This document shows positions 25,288-37,653 of a DNA stretch of 64,000 bases, one piece after another. The DNA is from Sarea resinae. Its lineage: Eukaryota. The notes beneath the pieces were generated by a model, which worked only from the letters and a program-made list of their open reading frames with translations, made no database searches and had not been told where the DNA came from. Where the stretch lies: assembly GCA_026026165.1 (NCBI GenBank), contig JAPEUD010000058.1, positions 62,001 through 126,000 on the forward strand, in the 5' to 3' direction. How positions within the stretch are numbered: the first letter of the stretch is position 1; the number at the start of each line of letters is the position of its first letter. Position numbers and translations under genes: made by a program.

Positions 25288-26373
25288 GGTGCGAAGTGCC
25301 TGTGACAGGCGAAGGGTGATTGATGAAGCTATGGCTGCTGTTTCTTCTCGATTCCTCAATTGACAGAACGTAGTCGCTTATATCGATGCGTAAAACGAGA
25401 ATCCTCTACCGTTCTTGAGCAGCTCTTAAACACATTGTTTACCGGGTATGGCGGCCATCATGATCTGATTTGTTGGAGTCGATGACGTCGAGATCTATGC
25501 GGTACGGTCCCGCGTAGAGGCACGTAACGCTGAAACTCGGAGTGTGGAAGTAATGGATTCAATGTTTATTATCCTACGCCGGGCGCTTTTCACTTGAGCA
25601 CTTTGCGACTTCTCAGCAGGGCAACATCTTTTGATCTGATCACCCTGCGGCTTTCAATGAGCTGGCGCATAGACTCTATCTCTTCCTATGAGTAAAGACT
25701 CTGGTTGCTTTCTTTAGGACATTGACGTATGTCTGACGGTCAGACCCAAGCCGTCTACTACAGGGGTACGCCTGCATTCTCAACATTGACGGCGGTGCGA
25801 TCTTGTTACACTTGCTTAATTTCTCATAGAAATGTTTAGGAACAGATGACCTGATTCAGGATTGCTTACATGTGGCTTTGAGCAGCAGCGAAGGCATTTG
25901 ATGCTCACAGTGATTGATTCTAGGTCTCTTGATTGTTATCAACCTCTTTCTCTTTAAGAGGTGAAATGCTTCCTAATTACAACGATGAAGGGAGCCGCGA
26001 TACATTTTTGGTATATTCCAATATGCTCCTGGAAAATATAGCGCTTAAATGAGAGTATTGTACCAAATTCTACGGCCAAATGAAGTGTTGTATGTAGCAC
26101 GTATCTGGGGAATATTCTTTTTGTGTTCTAGAAGTTCTGATGAGTTCTGACAGAAGCACAGCAATCTCTGTTCCAGTTGAGATCTGCTAATGCATTCCGC
26201 AATCAGTAAAGAGGCCTTCCTCTTTGTCTAAGGCGAGACGAAATAATACCTGAACCGGTATGAAGGACAGTTATTCCCACAATATAAATCTCGACTGAAT
26301 GAATTGCACACCTCGTCATTGCGACTATGGCCTTGACAACAATTCGTCACAGCACCCACACCTGAGCACCATT

Positions 26374-27122
26374 TCACCACATTTCTAGCCTCAATGTTGT
26401 GCCATGTTTCCAACCAAGCTCTCTCGCAGACCGATTGTCTTTTCGCAAGTCGTTTGGATTAGGCTCTTCAAAGACTCCGCTGACGGCGCTAGCACGGACC
26501 AATGCCAACACCTCAGCAACTCCGTACTCCGCCGGGACTAGGATACTGTGGCTCGTCTCATGAATCTTCCTTTGCTTTTTCGATAGCTTGACCTTTATCT
26601 GGCAACGGAGAACGAGCAGCATGTGCGAGTCGCCCTGAAGCTCAAAGACTACGTGGGAGGGTAACTGAAACGATCTCATCTCATGTGCCCATGCCCACGG
26701 TCTTCCATCCTGAGTGGGACGAATGAACTCGATCGGCACAAGGCTTTTTTCGACATTGGAGATGATAAGGAGTGGCTTGTCGGAATCTAGCTGGTGTGGA
26801 TTCCATTCATTCAGGTCCTCCTCAATGCCGTTTTTCTTCATTTTCCAAAAGCCAGGACTAGGCGTGTCAAGTATTGGGTATTCGTGATTAAGTTTTGACA
26901 GAAGGCTGTCAACAAATCCGCAAAGGTGCTAAATACGTGATCAGCACTTCATCTCTAACTTTTGCTTTGTGAGCAGATCACCTGTCTGTCGAGTATCTCT
27001 AATATGGTAGTGGAAAATATCATCTCGTGTGGTGCAACTTGGAATAGGATACGAGTTTTCTCTAACATCTGTCGGCGTCCAAGCGTCATCGGCGCATCTT
27101 TTGAAGCAATTTTCGAAGCCAT
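26374..27122 (-). CDS. Orphan ~231-aa protein, C-terminus resembling a ubiquitin-like (beta-grasp) fold, 2 exons
   Basis: Exons 27122-26982 and 26928-26374 join in phase 0 (GTGATC...GCTGAT...TTTAG). C-terminus DNRSARELGWKHGTTLRLEMW echoes ubiquitin DGRTLSDYNIQKESTLHLV. Alternative start at 27173. Confidence 0.6.
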
Positions 27123-27417
27123 GGAAGGTACAAGGAGGTGGCTCGTTGAATTAGAGATGGATACTATTTCCATGATCAACGTCCCACTTGTCAAAAGCAT
27201 CAGGCTATGTGACGAGGGTTTTGAGGAATGCTGCGTGGAATGCTAGGGTATGTTGTTGGAACAACTAATGGAATGCTAAGATATACTGTTGGACAGGCAC
27301 CGGAATTGGAGATTTATCATTGGGATGAGAGTCATTATTATTGTTGGATGGTCAGTGACATAAATTCGGCTTGCGAGACACGAGGGTTTTTCTCCAAGAT
27401 CTCAAAGATCAATCACC

Positions 27418-29830
27418 ATGCTAGCTGAAGACCGATCTCGACTGCAAAAGATTGATGATTTGTACGCTCTGCGTCTTGACCAATATGTATCACTCCCACA
27501 GGTACGTCGGCCATTTATATTCCTTGGAAATGTCCTTTGCTGATGATACGAAGCTTGTCGTTGTGGGCGATCAGTCAAGCGGTAAAAGTTCAGTCCTTGA
27601 AGGCTTGACAGATCTCCCCTTCCCTCGGGATTCGGGTCTTTGCACTAGGTTCCCTACACAGATTGTGTTTAAACGCTCTAAAGTGTCGACAACAGAGGTT
27701 AGTATCATGGCAGCCCATGGGCAAGCCAAGTCCACGGTAGACGCTATAGCGAAGTTTGGCAAGAGGCAGGTGACAAGTCTGGATGAAAATTCTTTCTCAG
27801 ATTTGCTGGAATTGGTAACGAAACAACCTGGATATCATTTGCCATCATTTATTGATACTGGCGTGGTAGGCATCAGGATGTATGGGACTTCCATTCGCAG
27901 GGACGAAACGCGATCTTGAGATGGACTCATTTTCAAACAATATACTAAAGCTGGAACTCTCCGGCCCAGAGTACGAGAATTTTAGTGTTGTCGACCTCCC
28001 TGGGCTATTCAGAAGTTGAGGACCCCCTCACTGCAATCTGCTCCCACTAAACAATGCCGATAGAGCCTACCCCGGGTCAGACCACCAAAGAGGACATGAA
28101 TCTTGTTAGGGGCATGGTTGCGAGATATCTCGGCAACCCACGGAGTATTATATTGTGAGTATACTCATTTCTTCGTCGAATACATCTAAAACTTCCATAG
28201 AGCCGTTGTTCCCGCCAACGTCGACATTGCTACCCAAGAGATCATCCAGATGGCCGAGGATGCAGACCCTAACGGACAGCGGACCCTAGGTGTCCTCACC
28301 AAACCTGACCTTGTAGATCGGGGTGCAGAAGAAAAGGTTGAACCTTCCCTAATCACCTGAAAGAGCGACACTAATTCTCTGAAGACGTTGGGACTTGTAA
28401 CCGATCAGACAGGCAGTGGCCGCTACGAGCTCGGTTATACCGTCGTTTGCAACAGGAGTCAGAGTGAACTGGCAATGACACATCACGAGCGGAATTTACG
28501 AGAAGCTGAGTTCTTCAAGACTCAGCCCTGGAACGCAGTCCCAGACAAGCGAGCTGGCATCAAGGCATTGAAGGCTCGTCTGGACAAGCTCCTAATCGAT
28601 GTCACGCGAAAAAACTTTCAAGCAGTCGCCGTGGACGTACGGGATAAGGTCCGCGAACTAGAGAGAGAATTGGATAATCTGGGCCCTGCACGAGAGACGT
28701 CTAATGACCAACGGAATCATTTGATCAGGATTGCTTCTGAGTTCCGGGGGATTACCGTAAAGGCCATTGATGCTTATTATGGACGTGACCAGTGTTTTGA
28801 GGATGACGATGACCTTCGATTGGCCACAAATGTGATGGAGATGAACCAAGGCTTCTCAGAGACGATCAGACTTCGAGGCTTTACACGATCATTCCGTAAA
28901 AGCCCCGAAAACGCTGCCACTGAGCATGGCGCTGAGCTGAAACCACCTTCTTCTTCCCACCGCGGTTCCGCAAATTCTTCATCTTCTTGTGACACTATGG
29001 AATCCGAACCTGTTCAAGACTATCCAGAATTGAAGTCTATCCTGCTTCAGTCAGGCAAGGGAACAGGGCAAGCGCAAACAGATATAATCGAATGGATCAC
29101 AGAGAAGTATAACCGGTCAAAGGGGTTTGAGATCGGCACGCTAAATCCTTCTTTACTTCCGTCCTTGTTCTTTGAACAGTCTCGAAGGTGGGGTTACTAT
29201 GCATACTATCACGTCAAGGAAGTCATTCGGAACATTCATCAATTCAACCACAAGGCCCTTTGCTACTGCTGTAAAGACAGAATAATATCCGAACGGCTGT
29301 GGGCCAGATTATCCGAGCTTCTGCTGCCATCATACAAAGAAGCCTTGAACCACGTCTCTTTCCTGGTCAATGTCGAGCAGAGTGGGAACCTTATGACACT
29401 GAATCACTACTTCGCCGACAACCTGAAAAAGGCACGAGAAAATCGTATCAAACGGCAGCTTATCAACCTAGAGTCGTGGACGACGTCAGATGCGCAGAAG
29501 GAGCCGCTTTTGCGGCTGAAAGACACCATTGCCGCGTTTGTGAGTAATGAAGATCACACTGTACTGGATCTACATGACACGTTGGAGGCATATTACAAGG
29601 TGGCGCGCAAAAGATTTGTGGATGCTGTATGCCTTCAAGCTGTGGATCACTTCCTTATCAGCAGCAGAAGCGGGCCACTTTGGCTGTTTTCACCGCAATT
29701 TGTAGGCGAGATGTCTACTTTTGAACTCACTGAAGTTGCTGGCGAGAGTGGAGATGCTGCTGTACGTAGATCGAGCCTTGTCGAGGAAATCGCAAACCTG
29801 AAGGCAGGTGAAAGGATACTGGATAGTTGA
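27418..29830 (+). CDS. Mx-like/fungal dynamin-family GTPase with middle and GED domains, 6 exons
   Basis: Spliced [23 protein letters not shown] (G1), LCTRFPT (G2), VVDLPG (G3), LTKPD (G4) and GED-like [25 protein letters not shown]. Introns begin at 27502, 27815, 28015, 28155 and 28337; frame intact. Confidence 0.92.
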
Positions 29831-30487
29831 AGGAGACACGACTCTTTTCGTTCAAATGCTTCCACTGCGAGCCAAAGAGTCCCCCTATTTGCGCATATTT
29901 CAAAGTATGAACCAATTGCTGCGAGATGAAGTCTAAACTCAGAAACCACAACTTTGACGATGGACCCTATTGCTAGAACTAGGTTGACTTGCAAGTTGCA
30001 TCCGCCGCAAAAGGCGATCAATCCAACTTGATCCTATCTCTATTAGACAGTTTGCTCCGAAGAATGCCGTGTTACCCCTGATCTCCATCAACACGCTAAG
30101 CGACCGATCATTTATCTTAGTGGCGATCGACCTTATCACGGCGACAATAGGCGCCTTCACCTACCACTTCACGTCACCTTCTCTTACTCACCTCACTCCC
30201 CTCACCCCCCTCACCCACCTCACTCACCTCCACGGTATCGCTATCCGAGTAGCCGCCTCGTCACTTCATCCTTGTATTCAATTCCTTTCAACTTTCTGAG
30301 AATCCTGATGATCCTGCTGAGGAATCAGCGTGGCTTCAGAACGGGCTCTGGCAGCTCACCTCACCTTACATTATTACTCCACCACTATCCTGACACCTCC
30401 AACATAATCCGGAATCTCATAAGAATATAACACCACAAGGTCCATCATCCGCGCTGGCGTCACCGAAAGAAAGACTATCAATTCACT

Positions 30488-31446
30488 ATGCCCTCCATAC
30501 TCGACCTTCCCGCGGAAGCACACTACCTAATCTTCTCGCACCTCCTGACACCCTACCCGAATTCCCCGTTGACCTTCCGGACCGTCAAGGAAAAACTGGA
30601 CAACCCCCCCGCAAACTTCAGGGATCATCCCTTCTACGAACTCGCCGCCAGCTGCCGGGACATGAGAGACGCCGTGGAGGATTACTGCGAGCATCTCGGA
30701 AAGGTGTATTCGACGGTCATGGAAGGCCCAAGCACCAGCGCCGGCAAGAACAAGAAACGAAAGATTTCGTCCGCGGAGGAAGAAAGCGAGCGCACACAGG
30801 GTGTTTTTGGGGTATCAGGAGGAAGAACAGAAATCACACGCGGAACAGCGGCAACAGCAGCAGGTGCAGGAGCAGGAGCAGCGGGGCTACATAAAGACAC
30901 TCCAAGAAGACGGCGGAAGGGATGTTTTCGCAAGAAGTGGGTCAAGTTCGCATGCGCGAATTGTCTCTTCTGCGGCCGTCCATCGACCCGCCGCGCCATC
31001 CTCAACGCACGACTGAATTGCTGCAAGGGCTGTGACCGTGTCGAATGGCCCGACAAAATCGTGAGTTCTTGCATTCCATTGCCGAGCTCAGCGAGTCCCA
31101 TAGATCCATCGCCATGTTCATTAAACTAATTCATCTTACATTCCAGACCCTCACCGAAGCCAGCTCCAGATACGCCATGCACAAGGACCAACTCTACCAG
31201 CTCGCGGGGCCCCAAGGCGGCTATCACGTCATGGGCGGCTGGACGACCATGTTCCTGCGCGCCGAGGTCGAGAGAGCCGCCAATACGTACTACGCCGCGC
31301 AAGGCGGCTGGAAAAGCCATCTCGAGCTGCGCGAGGCCGACGTGGAGAGACGGCGCAAGGAGAGAGAGAGGCGCGTTAAAGACGGTACGCTGGTCTTGCC
31401 GGTCTCTCGTCGTCGGCGCCTGCCTGCCAACGTAAATAAAAAATAA
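30488..31446 (+). CDS. F-box-like protein with Cys-rich zinc-finger-like and XPA-C-like C-terminal region, 2 exons
   Basis: N-terminal SILDLPAEAHYLIFSHL (F-box pattern), then CLFC...CCKGCD. Intron 31061-31146 joins DKI/TLTEASSRY...TTMFLRAEVE. Confidence 0.65.
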
Positions 31447-31833
31447 GGATGCTCGTAGCAATCCCGGTTCTCGGTCTTGGCCTAGCGGTATGAGGGAGAA
31501 GGGGGGAAATCAGAAAGAGAGGAAGAGGGTGAGGGCAGGGGTGCGACAGACAGCGACAGACAGAACAAGGATGAAAATCAGAACCAGAACCGCTCAAGCA
31601 CCAAGGCAAGCTGCCTGCATCATCCCATCCCTCCACATCCACATGCACGCCCTCTCTTCCGCTCCCACTCACTCCCTTGCCAACCAGCATCACGACCAGA
31701 CATCATCATCATCATCATCATCATTATCTTTATCCCCATCCCCATGCCCCAACGGCCCAAGATGGCTACGCTCCTCCCATCCGACACGTGCAGCCGGTGC
31801 CGGCGCCGGCGCCCGCACTGCCTGTCCGTTTGT

Positions 31834-31866
<33 letters not shown>

Positions 31867-32499
31867 GCAAGAAAACAAAACCAAAACAGAACCAAAGCCG
31901 GACCAGGGGGGGGGGGGACTGGGATGCGGGATACGAAATACGAAATAGGGGCTTTGCATGAACGGAATGAGTGTACGAAGGCGATGAATGCGATGAATGG
32001 GATGGGATGGGATAGGACAGGATGGGACGGGATGGAATAGGACGGGATGGAATAGAATGGAGTTTCTCTTAAGCTCCAACTCACTCGCTCGCTCGTCTGT
32101 CTTATGGCGTGGTCGTGGTCGTGGTCGCAGCTGTGATTGGGCCTGGACTTGTGGTCGTGGCTGCGCTCTCGATAAACGACCTACACTTTACCTACGTCAT
32201 ATCATATACCCCATTATCATCAGATAGGCGTCGGACCATGGATTAGCGTAAACACTGGATATTGAGAAAAGATATAGACGCCACGCTAGCTGGCCATGCT
32301 ATGCCATCACTAATCTTTCAAGTGCCTACCCTATCGCATCCCACCCCTGCCTATCCTCTCCTCCCCCCCTTCTGTCTCTCTCCCTTCCTTCCTTCGTGCT
32401 TCCCCCTTCTCTCGAGAGAGAGCAAAAGTGACCAGAACCACCAACCAAAGCACTCCAGAGCCCCGAGACGGATCCTTGCCCGCCATCGCTCCCGAGCCC

Positions 32500-35400
32500 C
32501 TAGCATGCCGGCGCTGCGGCCAAAAGCTTCGTCTTCATGTCCTCGACTGCGGATCGGAGATCCCGTGGTGCGGCCGACCAATCCGTGCGCTTGAGTGTGT
32601 TAGCTATCTCGTTTGTGCTCGTGTTTGCGTTTGCGTTGACGTCATCGTCGTCGTCGTCATTGTCGTTGTCCTTGTTACGATTGTCGGCGGCGTCGACATG
32701 ATTGGCGTCGTGAGAGGAGGGCTGGGTGGGGCTCTGGGTATAGTTCTCGAGGAGGTCGAATTGCGCGCTTATGAAGAGCGCTTCGGCCGCGCTGTTGCGG
32801 ATCTGTTATCGAGTGATACCTGTCAGTCCCTCTTGCCCTGGGCCCAGCAATGCTCGTTTTCTATTTTCGGGTGGATGAGAGCAACGATACGAGATGAGAC
32901 GCATGGCACGCAGGAAGAAGAATAGCACAGCAGAGCTGCGCAGAAACGGAAACAAGAAGATAATGAGATAGACGACCGTTCAAGCTCAAGACTACAGGAG
33001 GCAGGTCCAGCTACAAGCAGGCCAAGCCAATGAAGACAACTACACGACATATCGAACGTACCATTGGAAACGGATGAACCAGCATACTAGCCAATTTTCT
33101 GACCACCTCGTCCCGAATGCTGGATATCTCCACCAGACCCGTATACAGCCGGACCGCGGCTTCGAGCTTGGGGATACTCGGGGATTTGTAGTGGGCTTTC
33201 TGCAGCAGCGAGAGAAGTGTACGGATTCTGTGGGTGAACATGTCGTGTTAGGGAAACTTTTAGCCCTTAGAAAGGAGACTATGGGCAGGAAAGGAGAGAG
33301 GACGGAAGGTGGGGAAATAGGTGAGAAATAAGACAGAGCCTACTTGAAATTGCTGCCTTCGAGCTTCTGTGTGATGCGTGCATCGCACAAATAGCCCAGG
33401 ACCTCTAGCATTGGAATGGCGACGCGGTCGTTGGTAGAATTTTCACGCAGTACTGTGCTGAGATCATTGAAGAGACTAATCAAAGAATTGGAATCTGCGG
33501 AGCCGGCCTCATAAGTGAGTGGAAGGCTATCTGCGTATCGAGCGAGTGCGAGTCGAGACGCGCGGAGGACACTTTCAGACCCAACACCCGCCGAGGTGAT
33601 GTAGCCTTCTAATATGGACTGCTTGGTCCACTGCAAGGAGGAGTTGGATAGTAGGGATAGCAGCTGACGGAAGTACTCGAGCGATGAGACTTGTGTTAGG
33701 TCCGTGAAGCGGCTAGTACGACGTTATTAATGCATTTCTAATAGATCCCAAGATTACAGTAAGCTTACTCTGACAGCACATGCGGAACCCATATTTCCTG
33801 CAGACAGAGCCAAGCGCGGAATCGGACCTTGTCTAGTTTCTCAGCGGCTAGGCGACATACCCCTGAAAGGAGTTCCTCCTGGTCTGCGACAGAGCCTAAA
33901 AGACCATGGTTCCATGCGCTGGAAATGGCGTCGATTGCCGCTAGTCTGATCCAGGACCCTACATCGCCACGCTGGTCGACGGTATAATCCTTCAGAGATT
34001 TACGGAGGGCAGCTCTTATCTCTGGGGTAATAGCTGCTTATAGTCAGAAATGAAAGTTTATGCGAGTTCGGGACAAACCTTTCGCGGGAAAGACGCCATT
34101 CTCTAGGCTCCGAACGGCCGCTACTCTGATCTCGACAGCTGCCCGCGTTTGTGACTGTGATACCAGTGCATCGATGATTTCTCTGTGAATCTGTGACGAT
34201 GCGTTCTCATCCGTAGGCCACACATGCTGGAAGACGCAGCCCAACGCAGCAATGTAGCCAAATGTCTGCGCGCCAACGCCAGCCCCTGAGCCCCTCTGTT
34301 CATCGGTCACAAACCTGACCCATGAGCTAACGAGATCGGCTCGTTTGCTTGCGTCAAGCCTGGCAAAGACGTCTCCTGCAGCTCGGGAAGAAGCCGAAAT
34401 GACATTAGGCTCCGAGCGGCGTAGGCATAGACCTAGAATCTTCAAACATCTGTCACTCTGGCTGTCTGAAAGTGACGTCGTTCGATGGGAAGGCCTTGCA
34501 AGGGCCGAAATGAGGGAACAAGCTGCTTCGCTGGTCACTTCGGGACGAAGGGCCGATGAGATGAATTCATTGTCGGATAACATGGATAGCGTCGTGAAGG
34601 CGTCTTGGACTGCTTTGTCCCTGTGGGCGACCACCTCTATTAAGCCAGGACTTGCATCGTCAACCGCACGGTCGACCTTGTCGTTCAATGACTGAATGAT
34701 TGCAGCTAGCGATAGGAGCAGGCCGTGCCTCTCCTCTACCTCGCGATGCTTCAAACTTTTCAGCTTCTGCAATACACTCTTCAGCATCACTTCAGCAGCT
34801 TCACTGTCTCGCGACGCGCTTAGTAGACCAATAGCTTGAGATGATGTCTTTCGAGACTCTCCGTCTGCGGAACCAGTACCCCGCCACCCTTGCAAGCCGA
34901 CAAACAAGGCATCCCAGTAGATTTGGCCCAGTCTTGCTGCGCTGTCAGTGACGTCAGTCAAGGCTCTCGATCTGAGAGCAACGGTATGGTAATCAACTGC
35001 TTGCACAAGCGGTATGCCCTCGATAATCGTATCGGGATGACGCCCAATGAGCTCCTGCAATGCCGCCGACGATCCTCGCCGGATGTTCCCCGCTGGATCT
35101 AGACAGGCGGAAACAAGAAGCTCGGTTGCAAGGATTTGAGGCACGGAGACTGAGCCTGATAGTATGCCTGCTGCTCTTATCTTCGACGTGTCTACGGCCA
35201 GGAGCTCCTTTGTCGTATACTTCCGAGAAAGCGCCCAAACGCCAAAACAAGCTGCATCTCTGACATTGGTACCAATAGAACTGCCAGTGGCGGATCGTTG
35301 CTCGAAACCAAGTGCCAGAATCAGCGCGTTGAGGATCTCGGGAAGTTGTTGTGGGGGTGGAGAGCGACGAAAAAGAAGTTGAGCGAGAGTAAGGACAAGT

Positions 35401-36880
35401 CCGTGCCATCTGAGAGGATTGACCGCGGAGAGATTTCGTTCGAGCACTGCATTTCCAATTCCGTCGACTTCAAAGTTTGCAAGCCTCATACCCTTGTGAG
35501 GGTCCTCCCAGAGCACATCCTCACTCAGCGATCCAACAACCGCATCCACCACTTCCATTGCCATTTTCACATCAAGCTTGAAGGCAATAATACTCAACGC
35601 CTTGCTTGCAGCGACACGGACTGGTGTATCCTTGTCAGCCAGAGAAGTAAGCACGTAGTCGATGACATCTTCGAGGATGCCTGATGAGACATCGATGGAT
35701 ATGCTGCTGGTGAAACCAAGGTCTGATTGCAAGAGAAGGACGGTAGTGGAGCGGAATATTTTGATTATCACTTTTCTGACCAGAGCGGACGATCTAACAT
35801 TCTCAAAGCTAGACGCATCTTCCGTAGCGACAGCTTGAACAGTACGGAAGATTGACAAGACATAAGGATCAATTGCTTCTTTCTCCGCAGACGAGAGGAT
35901 GCCCGCAAGAAACGACAATACTCCTACATGCTGGTAGACTGAAGCTGTAGTTATCAGAGCCTGCTGAGACGTGAATAGCGACAACGCCCACTGCACAAGA
36001 GATCGTAACAAGCCCAAACGGCGCATATCAGGCCGGAGCGCCAATCTCACGAGAAGCGCTTTCGCTGAATCTCGCTCTTTACTCGCGGCCATTAAATATT
36101 TGAGGCCGACAGGTATTAAGCGCCTCGCAATGCTGGGTAGGTCCTCTGGGAGAGAGATACCCGGAAAATCGGACGAAGAATCATCTTCGGATGATAATGA
36201 GGAGAGATCAAATGGAGCGAGGAGAAGATGAGAAAGCCAGAGCAAGATGATATATCGCTCCTCCCACACCAGAGGACCGTCACTGTTTGGCGAGACATCC
36301 TTGGGATCGACGGATCGAGTCCAGGATTCAAACGCATCAAGAATCAACTCGAGGTATTTGGGTTCATTGTTGAGAAATCGAATAATGACTTTCTCGCCCC
36401 GCACTTTGCATAAGGTGTAAAGAATCTTACAGATGGCCCTGGGCAAGGGAATGGTCGATGAAGAGCTAGATGGGCCTTTGGGGATTTGATTGCTGGCCAG
36501 ACCGAGAGATTGAAGGAAGGCATCCACCAGAGGGGGCACAATCTCCTTGAGATGCGGGTCTAGAAGCTGTGGCCATTCTTGGAATGGTTCGATCTAGAGG
36601 TGGCAGCAGAGATCAGCCATGCTGTGCGCCGTCAGTAGTTGATGCCATCAGAGAGACCAACCAGGGAGATCAATCTGTAGCTATCTCGTGATCGCACTCG
36701 ACGACGGACATCTCGACGATCTCGACGATGACCGCCGCTCGGCTCGGCAGCAGAGGATCGATTGGGCCGCTTGGATCGGTTGGCTCGCCAGAGGAAGGGC
36801 GGCAGAGATGATTTCAAATCGGGAATGAGATTGGCAGCGGCCCGATGAACTTTGACGTCCCTGTCATCGGGAGCATCCAT
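32500..36880 (-). CDS. TBCD: Tubulin-specific chaperone D (TBCD/Cin1/Alp1), 6 exons
   Basis: Motifs IEPFQEWPQLLDPHL, LYTLCKVRGEKVI, WEERYIILLWLSHLLLAPFDL, DKDTPVRVAASK, NVRDAACFGVWALSR, DYTVDQRGDVGSWIR, LVHPFPM/IRNSAAEALF and LKRTDW. Confidence 0.95.
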
Positions 36881-37653
36881 TGTTGGCTAGAGGTGGAGGT
36901 GGAGGGGGATAGAGACCAAGATAGGCTGATGGTACGAGTACTCGGAGTGCAAAGTAGGTAGTCAATCGGTGACAAGTGACAAGATGTGGATGTGGTGGGA
37001 TATGGCGGGATTGGTGAGATTGGTGGGGTGTGGGATGTGGGATGTGGGATGTGAGATGTGGAATGCGGAGTCGAGCACTACGGAGTATATTGTGAGATGA
37101 GGCAAAAGAGGCAAAAGGCTTATCAGAGTTTCAAGAGAGCAAGCCGCGTTGGGATCAATCGAGCATGATGCACCATGTGACTGAGGAGACGGCATCATGA
37201 TAGCATCAAATCACTGCCATTGCCACCGTTGCCACCATTGCCACCGTAGATACCTACCTTACCTACTGCACTCCGAAATAGCAGCATGCGCAGTGCGACT
37301 GCGTGTGCTGCTATCGCCTGGTAGTATTCTCTCAGGGTCTTATCATCCGGATGGCTGAGGTCCGCTTGTGCTTGTGCTTGTGGCGTTCGTCGCGATAGCT
37401 GGAGAGCAACGACCGAAGCTGACTAACGGTGGCCCTGGAGGAATCATGACCATCTCAATTCTTCCTCCATCAATCACCCGTGGATCATCGAGAGAACCGA
37501 ATTGAGCATCTCAATCTGGAATGATCGGAATATATTGGACGAGAGACAGCCCATCCGTTCACATTCATACGGCCTCGCAAGGTACATTACGTATGAAAAA
37601 GGCTGTTCCACCCATTCGTAAATCAGGACGCTTAATCCTTCCCCGCATCGCCG

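Noticed and set aside
32500..32802. Apparent frameshift in the last TBCD exon
   Set aside because: Re-reading base by base shows one continuous frame from IRNSAAEALF through a D/N-rich insertion to LKRTDW and TAG at 32500.
32803..33061. Long introns (TBCD, SDR) as snoRNA hosts
   Set aside because: No paired C/D boxes or H/ACA structure evident.
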